DNA from: Caldimicrobium thiodismutans
Lineage (GTDB): Bacteria > Desulfobacterota > Thermodesulfobacteria > Thermodesulfobacteriales > Thermodesulfobacteriaceae
DNA: 32,000 nt
Reading direction: 5' to 3'
Assembly: GCF_001548275.1 (NCBI RefSeq)
Contig: NZ_AP014945.1
Span: 780,001-812,000 of the forward strand
Numbering within the stretch: the stretch's first letter is position 1; the number at the start of each line of letters is the position of its first letter. This document shows, in pieces, positions 23,152 to 30,398 of the stretch. The position numbers were made by a program, and so were the translations under genes. Under the pieces are notes generated by a model. It had not been told where the DNA came from. It saw nothing but the letters and a program-made list of their open reading frames with translations, and searched no databases.

Positions 23152-24039
23152 TCAACACCTCCTTTCAGCTACTCTAAGTTTTGCGCTCCTTGCCCTGGGA
23201 TTTCTCTTAACCTCCTCAGGACTCGGAGTAACTGGCTTTTTAGTAAGATTTAAGAGCCTGTCATCATTCTTAAAGGCCCTTTTAACCAACCTGTCCTCTA
23301 AGGAATGAAAGGAAATAATACCCAATCTTCCTCCAGGTCTTAAAACCTCAGGCAGATCTTTTAAGGCCTTCTCCAGATTTTCAAGTTCTCTGTTGATTTC
23401 CATTCTTATAGATTGAAAAACGATAGCTAAGAGGTCTTTTTCTTTTCTCTTCAAGGGTCTATAAAATTCTTTAACCACTGATACAAGATCAAAGGTAGTT
23501 TCCAAGGGCTTAATCCTTCTTTTTTGCACAATAAAACGGGCAAAGGCAGTAGCCCTTGGAACTTCACCCCTTTCTAAAATTTCTGCAATTTCCCTTTCCG
23601 AAAACCTATTTAAAATATCTCTGGCAGTAAGCTCAAGTTCTAAACTCATTCTCATATCAAGGGGCTCATCCTTTTGAAAGGTAAACCCTCGTCCAGAGCC
23701 CTCTATTAAAAAAGAAGAAAGTCCAAGATCAAGCAATATAGCATCTGCTAAAACTCCCTCCTTTTCAAGAACCTCTTTTATATAGACAAAATTCTTAGGG
23801 ATGATTTTCACCCTCCCTTGAAAGGGTCTCAAATTTTCCTCCGCAAGTTTCAGAGTATCCTCATTCCACTCAAAGGCATAAAGTAAGGCATCCTCTTTAG
23901 CTCTTTTCAATATAGCTGATGAGTGGCCTCCAAGCCCCAGAGTTCCATCCACAAAAATTTTTCCCTCTTCAATCTTTAACCACTTCAAAACCTCTTCAAG
24001 TAAAACGGGTTCATGATGGATCAGCTCTCTTTTCTCCAT
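23152..24039 (-). CDS. rsmH: 16S rRNA (cytosine1402-N4)-methyltransferase
   Basis: HEPVLLEEVL, VDGTLGLGGHS, LLDLGLSS and ISFHSLEDRLVK are present. The position follows mraZ. Confidence 0.95.
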   Translation of the reverse strand: MEKRELIHHEPVLLEEVLKWLKIEEGKIFVDGTLGLGGHSSAILKRAKEDALLYAFEWNEDTLKLAEENLRPFQGRVKIIPKNFVYIKEVLEKEGVLADAILLDLGLSSFLIEGSGRGFTFQKDEPLDMRMSLELELTARDILNRFSEREIAEILERGEVPRATAFARFIVQKRRIKPLETTFDLVSVVKEFYRPLKRKEKDLLAIVFQSIRMEINRELENLEKALKDLPEVLRPGGRLGIISFHSLEDRLVKRAFKNDDRLLNLTKKPVTPSPEEVKRNPRARSAKLRVAERRC

Positions 24040-24478
24040 TTAGATAAGGATTCAGGACAGCCAAAATATCATCAAAGGACTCTTTTATCTTTTTAAAACG
24101 CTCATCCAGAGCCTTAGGATTCCAGATCTCAAAATAAGAGAGCATTCCAAGAAGCATGACTTCTTTTTCAACTCTGATTTCCTCGCGTAGAGATTGGGGT
24201 AAAAGGATGCGCCCCTGCTTGTCTGGTTCACATTCCTCAGCTGAACCGAGAAAATATCTCAAAAACTCTCGGGCCTCCTTCATACCAAAGGGTAGCTTGA
24301 GAAGGTTTTCTTCCATTTTCTTCCACTCAGAGACAGGATAGACCACTAAGCACTCCGGCATGTTGGTAATAATGAGGGCCTCGGTGCCGTATTTTACCCT
24401 TAAAACCTCTCTAAATTTGGAGGGTAAACTAAGCCTACCTTTTTCATCTAAGGAGTGTTTAAATTTCCCTCTAAACAT
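24011..24478 (-). CDS. mraZ: Transcriptional regulator MraZ
   Basis: MFRGKFKHSLDEKGRLSLPSKFR and the second half-repeat DKQGRILLPQSLRE form the duplicated SpoVT/AbrB-like fold. It is the first gene of the dcw operon. Confidence 0.95.
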   Translation of the reverse strand: MFRGKFKHSLDEKGRLSLPSKFREVLRVKYGTEALIITNMPECLVVYPVSEWKKMEENLLKLPFGMKEAREFLRYFLGSAEECEPDKQGRILLPQSLREEIRVEKEVMLLGMLSYFEIWNPKALDERFKKIKESFDDILAVLNPYLNGEKRADPS

Positions 24479-24483
24479 TTTCT

Positions 24484-24509
24484 CCCACTTTTTACCACTT
24501 TATACCACT
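24484..24509 (-). promoter_or_regulatory. Putative MraZ operator: three direct AGTGG(T/G) boxes at 10-nt spacing
   Basis: Minus strand reads ccttaAGTGGtataaAGTGGtaaaaAGTGGgagaaaATG. The boxes (plus-strand CCACT) lie at 24485-24489, 24495-24499 and 24505-24509. The pattern matches the GTGG/TGGG direct-repeat operators with 10-bp periodicity described for MraZ in E. coli and Mollicutes. Confidence 0.6.
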
Positions 24510-24511
24510 TA

Positions 24512-24539
24512 AGGATATTTGACCTCTTTAAAAAGTCAA
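24512..24539 (-). promoter_or_regulatory. Putative mraZ/dcw promoter TTGACT-16-TATCCT
   Basis: Minus strand reads TTGACTttttaaagaggtcaaaTATCCTtaagtgg. The operator boxes start just downstream of the -10. Confidence 0.45.
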
Positions 24540-25000
24540 GAGGGAATTTTTAAAATTATTCTTTCCTCTGTTGCATACCTAAATTCATATCCTTGCGAGA
24601 AAAGAAAGGGTGCGAAAAGGTAAAATTCTCTAAGATCTCAAGGTATATACGCTTACACAGGCCGTAATGCCTCATTTAATTTTCTAAAGGAAATTATTTT
24701 ACCTCCCCCTCCTTTTTATGGTCAATTTTTCTCCGAAAATAATTCCATTTTCTTTTCTAAATTTGCTCTCTCAAGCATTTTCTGATATCTCCTTATCTTT
24801 ATGTAAAACTCCTTTACCTTTCCCCTACTCTTTTCTTTGAAAAAGCTTTGCGAAAGAACTAAGCTCGTAAATTCAAGAGGAGCGAAATAGGTAGTTTCTT
24901 TGTGAAGGTTAAATAGAAGATCTAAATTAGATTTAAGAGATTTTTTGAATGAAGCAACGATAAAATTTCGAATAGATTTTTAATGAGGCAATCCGGATTC

Positions 25001-25028
25001 TTGCAATTTTTGAAAAAGCAATTAAATT
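25001..25028 (+). promoter_or_regulatory. Weak candidate ycaO promoter TTGCAA-16-TAAATT
   Basis: This is a pattern match only. It would give a leader of about 30 nt carrying GGAGG at 25054-25058. Confidence 0.3.
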
Positions 25029-25063
25029 ATTTTTTACTTTAAAATTAAGGTTTGGAGGCTTAT

Positions 25064-26809
25064 ATGCAAGAAAAACTTAAAGAAAAATTTTTTACACCTT
25101 CCAGAAAGGTCATAGCAGATAAAGCCCTTTTCCCTGAGGAAACCATAAAGCTTGTAGAGGAAAGACTGAAAAATTGTCAAATGAAGATCTTTAAAGGGCT
25201 CAAGAGGATTGATAAAGGAAGATTGGGAATTCCTGTTTACCTGAGCCTCTATGATATTCAGGGAACGCAGATTACAGGTAATTACAAACAGATGGGTAAG
25301 GGAGCAAGTGATATTCTCTCACAGGCAAGTGCCCTTGTGGAGCTTGTAGAAAGATTTTCCCTTTTCAGTTTTTATCGTAAAACTACTGAGAGGGGAATCC
25401 TTGCAACTTTTGATGAGCTTAAAGAAAAGGCTATGCCCTGGGAGGTCTTTCTTCAATCTGTAGAGGATGAGGAAGAGCCAAGGGTAAAAGATATAGCCCT
25501 GAAGTTTTTGAAAAAAATTCCCTTTTATTTTGTGCCAGCCCTTGAAGTTCGCACAAAAAAGGTCAAATACATCCCCTTTCACTGGTTCTGGCTCCTTTAT
25601 GAGTATAACGGGTCAGCAGGGGGAAATACCTATCCTGAAGCCTCTGTTCAGGCTATCTGTGAACTCATTGAAAGACATGTCAATGCCCTTTCTATAAGGG
25701 TTAATAAACCTATGCCAGCCATAAAAAGGGATAGCATTCAAGGGGGGGCAGGAGAGCTTCTTGCCTGTTTTGAAAGATTAGGAATTAAGACCTGGATTCG
25801 GGATATGACCTTTGGTATGCCTGTTCCAACTATTGCGGTTATGGCTATGGACCCTTCAACCTATCCTGAAAGAAGTGAGATTGTCTATGCCGCTGGAACA
25901 GGCACAAGCCCGGAAAGGGCTCTCATTCGAGCTCTTACAGAGGTGGCTCAGCTTGCGGGAGACTTTGATACCGAAGGTAAATATGTGGAAAGTGGTCTTC
26001 CTAAGTTTGATACCTTAGACTCTGCAGAGATGGTGGTCTCCTTTGATGGAGAAAAGGCTTTGAGTGACCTACCTACGCTTTATGCAGAAGAGCATGTGGA
26101 AGAGATGACAAATCTTGCCTTAGCTATGAAAGATAAAGGCTTTGAGGTCTATCTGGTTGATCTTGAAGAGGAACACTTAAGGCTTCCTGCAGTTTATGCT
26201 ATAATCCCTGGAATTCTCTTTAGAGAAAGAACCCGTATCCCCTATCTTTACCAAATGGTGCGCACATTACCTATTTATCTCTCTCCTCAAGAAAATAAAA
26301 CCCTTTTAGAAGAGATCCTTAAGGAGGTTGAAGACCGTTATTATATCTGGGCCTATTATGGGAATGCTTTGAAGGGGCTTGAAAGGCTTGATGAGGCTAT
26401 TATGGCCTATGAAAAGGCCTTAAGTCTCTCTCCTTCAGAGCCGGATCAGATTGCCCTTTACAGCCATTTGGCAGATGCCTATTTTAGAAAGGGAGAGTGG
26501 AATCAGGTGGTTAAGGTCTGCGAAAAAGCCCTTCCTCTTGGTGAAGCCCCAGAGTTATATAACCTTCTTGGTAGGGCCCTTTATAAACAATCTGACTACG
26601 GAAATGCCTTACAGGCCTTTTTAAAGGCAACAGAGCTTGATCCCTCTTCAGCCATTGATTATGCTAATGCAGGTTATTGTTTAAAGGCTATGAACTTTAT
26701 ACCTCCAGCTGAAGTCTTTTTCCGCAAGGCCCTCTCTCTTGACCCAGGTCTCACTATGGCTCAAAAGGGATTAGAATTTTGTGAAAACCTTTTGCATAAT
26801 AAGAATTGA
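25064..26809 (+). CDS. ycaO: YcaO-domain protein with C-terminal TPR domain
   Basis: YcaO blocks are GKGASDILSQASALVELVERFS, NGSAGGNTYPEASVQAICELIERHV and AAGTGTSPERALIRALTEVAQL. C-terminal TPR units include AYYGNALKGLERLDEAIMAYEKALSLSP and LYNLLGRALYKQSDYGNALQAFLKATELDP. I place the start at ATG 25064, after GGAGG. The ORF-track TTG 25052 overlaps that SD. Confidence 0.88.
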   Translation: MQEKLKEKFFTPSRKVIADKALFPEETIKLVEERLKNCQMKIFKGLKRIDKGRLGIPVYLSLYDIQGTQITGNYKQMGKGASDILSQASALVELVERFSLFSFYRKTTERGILATFDELKEKAMPWEVFLQSVEDEEEPRVKDIALKFLKKIPFYFVPALEVRTKKVKYIPFHWFWLLYEYNGSAGGNTYPEASVQAICELIERHVNALSIRVNKPMPAIKRDSIQGGAGELLACFERLGIKTWIRDMTFGMPVPTIAVMAMDPSTYPERSEIVYAAGTGTSPERALIRALTEVAQLAGDFDTEGKYVESGLPKFDTLDSAEMVVSFDGEKALSDLPTLYAEEHVEEMTNLALAMKDKGFEVYLVDLEEEHLRLPAVYAIIPGILFRERTRIPYLYQMVRTLPIYLSPQENKTLLEEILKEVEDRYYIWAYYGNALKGLERLDEAIMAYEKALSLSPSEPDQIALYSHLADAYFRKGEWNQVVKVCEKALPLGEAPELYNLLGRALYKQSDYGNALQAFLKATELDPSSAIDYANAGYCLKAMNFIPPAEVFFRKALSLDPGLTMAQKGLEFCENLLHNKN

Positions 26810-26823
26810 AGGGAGGAGAAAAA

Positions 26824-27249
26824 ATGCTCAAAAAGGGTCTATTTTTGAGATTTTCACCTGAAATTGTTGAGAAACCAATAGTTTACCGCTTAGTTAAGGA
26901 CTTTAATCTTGCCTTTAACATCCTCAAGGCCACTATAACCCCTGGCAAAGAAGGAATCATGATTATGGAACTTATTGGGGACAACAAAGAGGCCCTTGAA
27001 AGGGGGCTCCAATTTTTAAAGGAGATGGGAGTTGAGGTTTCCTCCTTAGGTCAACAGGTGATGAAAAATGAAGAAGTTTGTATTCATTGTGGAGCCTGCA
27101 CAGCGGTTTGCCCCACAGGGGCTCTTTATGTGGACAGGAAGACCTTCAAGGTGGTCTATGACCCTGAAAAATGCACTGCCTGCGGTTTTTGCGTCTCCGC
27201 TTGCATTACCAAGGCTATGGAGGTTTATATCCAGAGCGAAGCAGCTTAA
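26824..27249 (+). CDS. NIL-domain / 2x[4Fe-4S] ferredoxin fusion protein
   Basis: The N-terminal NIL-like domain reads IVYRLVKDFNLAFNILKATITPGKEGIMIMELIGD. Two ferredoxin cluster motifs follow, CIHCGACTAVCP and CTACGFCVSAC. ATG 26824 is preceded by GGGAGGAG, 14 nt after the ycaO stop. Confidence 0.85.
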   Translation: MLKKGLFLRFSPEIVEKPIVYRLVKDFNLAFNILKATITPGKEGIMIMELIGDNKEALERGLQFLKEMGVEVSSLGQQVMKNEEVCIHCGACTAVCPTGALYVDRKTFKVVYDPEKCTACGFCVSACITKAMEVYIQSEAA

Positions 27250-27352
27250 ATACCCTCCACTGCATAAGTTCAGATCCTTACAAGAAAAAGGAAGGGTGCT
27301 AAAAGAGGAATTAGATATCTTTACAAGGGAAGCTTTACAAGTCTGAAAGTAA

Positions 27353-27372
27353 CACAGGCAATCTTGCCTGTG
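27353..27372. repeat. Perfect inverted repeat CACAGGCAA-tc-TTGCCTGTG
   Basis: Read directly from the sequence. It is flanked by the direct 9-mer TGAAAGTAA at 27344 and 27371. Confidence 0.85.
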
Positions 27373-27404
27373 AAAGTAAATTACACTCCAATGGATGAAA
27401 GAAA

Positions 27405-27424
27405 CACAGACAAGAATGTCTGTG
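27405..27424. repeat. Perfect hairpin CACAGACA-agaa-TGTCTGTG
   Basis: Read directly from the sequence. It is related to the hairpin 52 nt upstream: both follow (T)GAAAG(T/A)AA and start with CACAG. Confidence 0.85.
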
Positions 27425-27452
27425 CTACAACAGACCCACAAAAAAAATTCAA

Positions 27453-27474
27453 GGGGTTTAAAATTTTAAACCCC
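27453..27474. repeat. Second copy of the 22-nt palindrome GGGGTTTAAAATTTTAAACCCC
   Basis: Identical to 3025-3046. Confidence 0.9.
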
Positions 27475-27481
27475 TACTTAA

Positions 27482-27565
27482 GGAAAGATTTTGCAGATTT
27501 TTTATCCTTTCTTTCCGAAGGGGAATGGGTATGTGGAGAGATTTAATTTGTGTTCCGTCCTATGA
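27482..27565 (+). pseudogene. Integrase C-terminal fragment inside R2
   Basis: The frame reads GKILQIFYPFFPKGNGYVERFNLCSVL followed by a stop. It is bounded upstream by TAA. The R1 fragment is nearly identical. Confidence 0.5.
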
Positions 27566-27714
27566 AAAAAATTTTTTTGAGTCTCAAAAGCTTTGGACTT
27601 ATACAACTCATTGGCTCAATCTTTTAAATTTTTCAAAATAATTTATAATCATATCAATACGGATACCATAAAGGGGTAAACTCTTAGGTTCGCCCCTACA
27701 AACTGGAGGGTAGA

Positions 27715-29295
27715 ATGAAGGTGCTAATTTCAGATTCCCTATCTGAAGAAGGGCTTGAAATCTTGAGACAAGCTGGGCTTGAAGTTATTTACAAACCTGG
27801 ATTATCCCCTGAAGAATTAAAACAAGAGATTTCAGAGGTTGAGGGGCTTATTATCAGAAGCGGCACAAAGGTTACTAAGGAAATTATTGCCTCAGCTAAA
27901 AAGCTCAAGGTCATTGGGAGAGCTGGAACCGGGCTTGATAATGTGGATATTCCCTCTGCAAATGAGCGAGGCATAGTGGTTATGAATGTGCCTGGGGGAA
28001 ACACTCTTTCTGCAGCTGAACACACCTTGGCCCTATTATTTGCTATGGCAAGAAAGATCCCTCAGGCTAATGCCTCTGTCAGGAAAGGCCTTTGGGAGAG
28101 AAAAAAATTTATGGGAGTTGAGCTGAATGGAAAGGTTCTTGGAATTATTGGGCTTGGAAGAATAGGTAATATTGTAGCTGAGAGGGCCCTATGTTTAAAA
28201 ATGCAAGTCTTAGCTTATGACCCCTTTGTAACGCCAGATCATGCATCTAAAAAAGGGATTGAGCTTGTTTCCTTAGATGAGCTTTATAAAAGAGCAGACT
28301 TTATTACTATTCACACTCCCCTTACTAAGGAAACCCATCACCTCCTCAACAAAGAGGCCTTTGCTAAAATGAAGAAGGGAGTTTACATTATAAATTGCGC
28401 AAGAGGTGGAATCATTGATGAAGAGGCCCTTCATGAGGCCATCCTATTAGGAAAAGTTGCTGGGGCTGCACTTGATGTTTTTGAAAAGGAGCCTGTTTCA
28501 GTGGATCACCCTCTTTTAAAACTTGACCAAGTCATTGCAACCCCTCATCTCGGGGCCTCAACTGTTGAAGCGCAAAAGGTTGTTGCTGTTGAAATCGCTA
28601 AACAGGTGGTTGATTTCCTCCTCTCCGGAATCGTGAGAAATGCAGTCAATGTCCCCTCTATCAGTGCTGAGGCTTTAAAGGTCCTTCAGCCAGTGCTCAA
28701 TCTCTCTGAAAAAATTGGCCTACTTTCTGCTCAAATTGCCGAGGGCGCTATTGAGGAGGTTGAAATAACCTATAAAGGGGAGCTTGCTCGCCTTGAAATT
28801 AAACCTGTCACTTTAGCCTTGGTTAAGGGTCTTCTTAGTCCTTTTTTGAAAGAGGATGTCAATTATGTCAATGCCCTCTTTAGGGCAAAAGAGAGAAATA
28901 TAAAGGTTGTTGAGGCAACCACAGAGGAGACGGAGGACTTTACCTCCCTCATCAGTGTTAAAATCAAGCACACTCAAGGGGAAACCCTGGTTGAAGGCAC
29001 TCTTTTTGGAAAAAAAGAACCCAGAGTTGTCAGAATAAATGGCTTCAGATTAGATGCTTTACCTGAGGGACATATGCTTTATATTTTTAATGAGGACAAA
29101 CCTGGTGTAATTGGAAAAATTGGAACCATTCTTGGAAAACACAGACTGAATATTTCAAGGATGTATGTTGGCCAGGATCCCATGAAAAAGAGAAATGTAA
29201 TTCTTCTCAGCCTGGATCAATCCCCAACCAGAGAGGCTATAGCTGACCTTGAAAAGGAAGAAAGTGTTTATCTGGTCAAGCCTCTTGAGCTTTAA
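27715..29295 (+). CDS. serA: D-3-phosphoglycerate dehydrogenase (with C-terminal ACT domain)
   Basis: The NAD-binding block is GKVLGIIGLGRIGNIVAERA. INCARGGIIDE and ATPHLGAST are present, and the 526-aa length fits an ASB/ACT C-terminus. GGAGGG precedes the ATG. Confidence 0.95.
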   Translation: MKVLISDSLSEEGLEILRQAGLEVIYKPGLSPEELKQEISEVEGLIIRSGTKVTKEIIASAKKLKVIGRAGTGLDNVDIPSANERGIVVMNVPGGNTLSAAEHTLALLFAMARKIPQANASVRKGLWERKKFMGVELNGKVLGIIGLGRIGNIVAERALCLKMQVLAYDPFVTPDHASKKGIELVSLDELYKRADFITIHTPLTKETHHLLNKEAFAKMKKGVYIINCARGGIIDEEALHEAILLGKVAGAALDVFEKEPVSVDHPLLKLDQVIATPHLGASTVEAQKVVAVEIAKQVVDFLLSGIVRNAVNVPSISAEALKVLQPVLNLSEKIGLLSAQIAEGAIEEVEITYKGELARLEIKPVTLALVKGLLSPFLKEDVNYVNALFRAKERNIKVVEATTEETEDFTSLISVKIKHTQGETLVEGTLFGKKEPRVVRINGFRLDALPEGHMLYIFNEDKPGVIGKIGTILGKHRLNISRMYVGQDPMKKRNVILLSLDQSPTREAIADLEKEESVYLVKPLEL

Positions 29296-30398
29296 TGAAA
29301 CCTAATTTACGAAACCTTTCTCTTGAAGAGATAAAGAACCTCCTTCAAGACCTTGGGGAACCACCTTTTCGGGGAGAACAGGTCTATCATTGGATAACCT
29401 GTAAATCTGCCCTTTCCTTTGAGGAAATGACCAATCTTCCCAGGACCTTACGAAAAAAACTTGAGGAGAACTTTTGTCTTGACCTGCCCCTTGTAGTTAA
29501 TTCCCAGAGTGATGAGGAGGGCACCACCAAATTTGCCCTGCTACTTTCCGATGGGGAGATTATTGAAACAGTTCTTATCCCTGAAAGGGATCACTTTACT
29601 CTCTGTGTTTCCACTCAGGTGGGGTGTGCTATGGGATGCCGGTTCTGTTTGACTGCTAAGACAGGTTTTAAGAGAAACCTTGAGGTTTACGAGATCCTCT
29701 CTCAAGTCGTTATTGCCAAGAAATATCTTAAGACCAAGCAGGAGAAACTTCCCTTGCGAAATATAGTCTTTATGGGAATGGGTGAGCCTTTGGCTAATTA
29801 TTCAAACCTTCTTAAATCCTTAAGGATCCTTGAAGATAAAAAGGGATTTGGTTTTTCAAGGAAGAGATTGACTGTCTCAACAGCTGGGCTTATCCCAGAA
29901 ATGGAAAGACTTGCCAAGGATTTTCCCACTGCCCTGGCTCTATCTCTGCATGCTCCCGATGATGAGTTAAGGCAAAAACTTATGCCCATTGCCCGGAAAT
30001 TTTCCCTTGCCGAACTTATTAAGGCCTTAGAAAGATTTCCCCGAGTTAAAAAGGGTAGACACACTATTGAATACACACTTATTAAAGGGATAAATGACTC
30101 TCTAAGAGAGGCTGCTTCACTTGCTAAGCTATTAAAGGGGTTTCCAGTAAAAGTTAATCTTATCCCCTATAATCCCCATCCTGATCTTCCCTTTGAAAGA
30201 CCTGATGAATCGGCAGTTGAGAGATTTCAGAAGTATTTACTTTCAGAGGGCATTTTAACCACAGTCCGAAAAAGCAAAGGGCTTAAAATCTCAGCGGCTT
30301 GTGGCCAGTTAAGGGGAAAGCTTCTGAAAAAATCCTATTTCCAGACCCCAGCAATAGAAAAGCCACACTTAGGACAAAGCCCATCTTCCTTAAGTTGA
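29295..30398 (+). CDS. rlmN: 23S rRNA/tRNA (adenine-C2)-methyltransferase, radical SAM
   Basis: FRGEQVYHWI, the radical SAM cluster motif GCAMGCRFCLT, MGMGEPLANY and AACGQL are present. The ATG overlaps the serA stop (TAATG). Confidence 0.93.
   Translation: MKPNLRNLSLEEIKNLLQDLGEPPFRGEQVYHWITCKSALSFEEMTNLPRTLRKKLEENFCLDLPLVVNSQSDEEGTTKFALLLSDGEIIETVLIPERDHFTLCVSTQVGCAMGCRFCLTAKTGFKRNLEVYEILSQVVIAKKYLKTKQEKLPLRNIVFMGMGEPLANYSNLLKSLRILEDKKGFGFSRKRLTVSTAGLIPEMERLAKDFPTALALSLHAPDDELRQKLMPIARKFSLAELIKALERFPRVKKGRHTIEYTLIKGINDSLREAASLAKLLKGFPVKVNLIPYNPHPDLPFERPDESAVERFQKYLLSEGILTTVRKSKGLKISAACGQLRGKLLKKSYFQTPAIEKPHLGQSPSSLS

Larger units (their letters stand above)
27261..27605 (+). mobile_element. 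Internally deleted IS relic, copy R2
   Basis: The left arm (27261-27304) and right arm (27453-27605) align with R1. Terminal repeats are TGCATAAGTTCA versus the reverse complement TGTATAAGTCCA (10/12). It contains the YPFFPKGNGYVERFN fragment. The middle 148 nt is unrelated to the R1 middle. I see no flanking direct repeat. Confidence 0.7.

Noticed and set aside
24703-24713. 11-nt identity (CCCTCCTTTTT) and a nearby CTTATCTTTAT match to repeat R3, as evidence for another repeat copy in the mraZ-ycaO spacer.
   Set aside because: The matches are short and in mutually inconsistent orientations. No CTCAAAAG box or terminal TGCATAAG is present.
24718-24840. 40-aa ORF (MVNFSPKIIPFSFLNLLSQAFSDISLSLCKTPLPFPYSFL) as a YcaO precursor peptide.
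   Set aside because: No Shine-Dalgarno is present; the upstream sequence is CCTCCCCCTCC, i.e. anti-SD-like. It lies 220 nt from ycaO, has no Cys/Ser/Thr-rich core typical of YcaO substrates, and its composition looks like translated AT-rich spacer.
27364-27546. 60-aa ORF, plus ORFs 27068-27346, 27046-27441, 9167-9376, 9991-10224, 13941-14231 and 15223-15459, as possible small genes.
   Set aside because: 27364-27546 lies entirely within IS relic R2. It reads the integrase fragment out of frame and has no RBS. The others overlap real genes or gene junctions and have no support.
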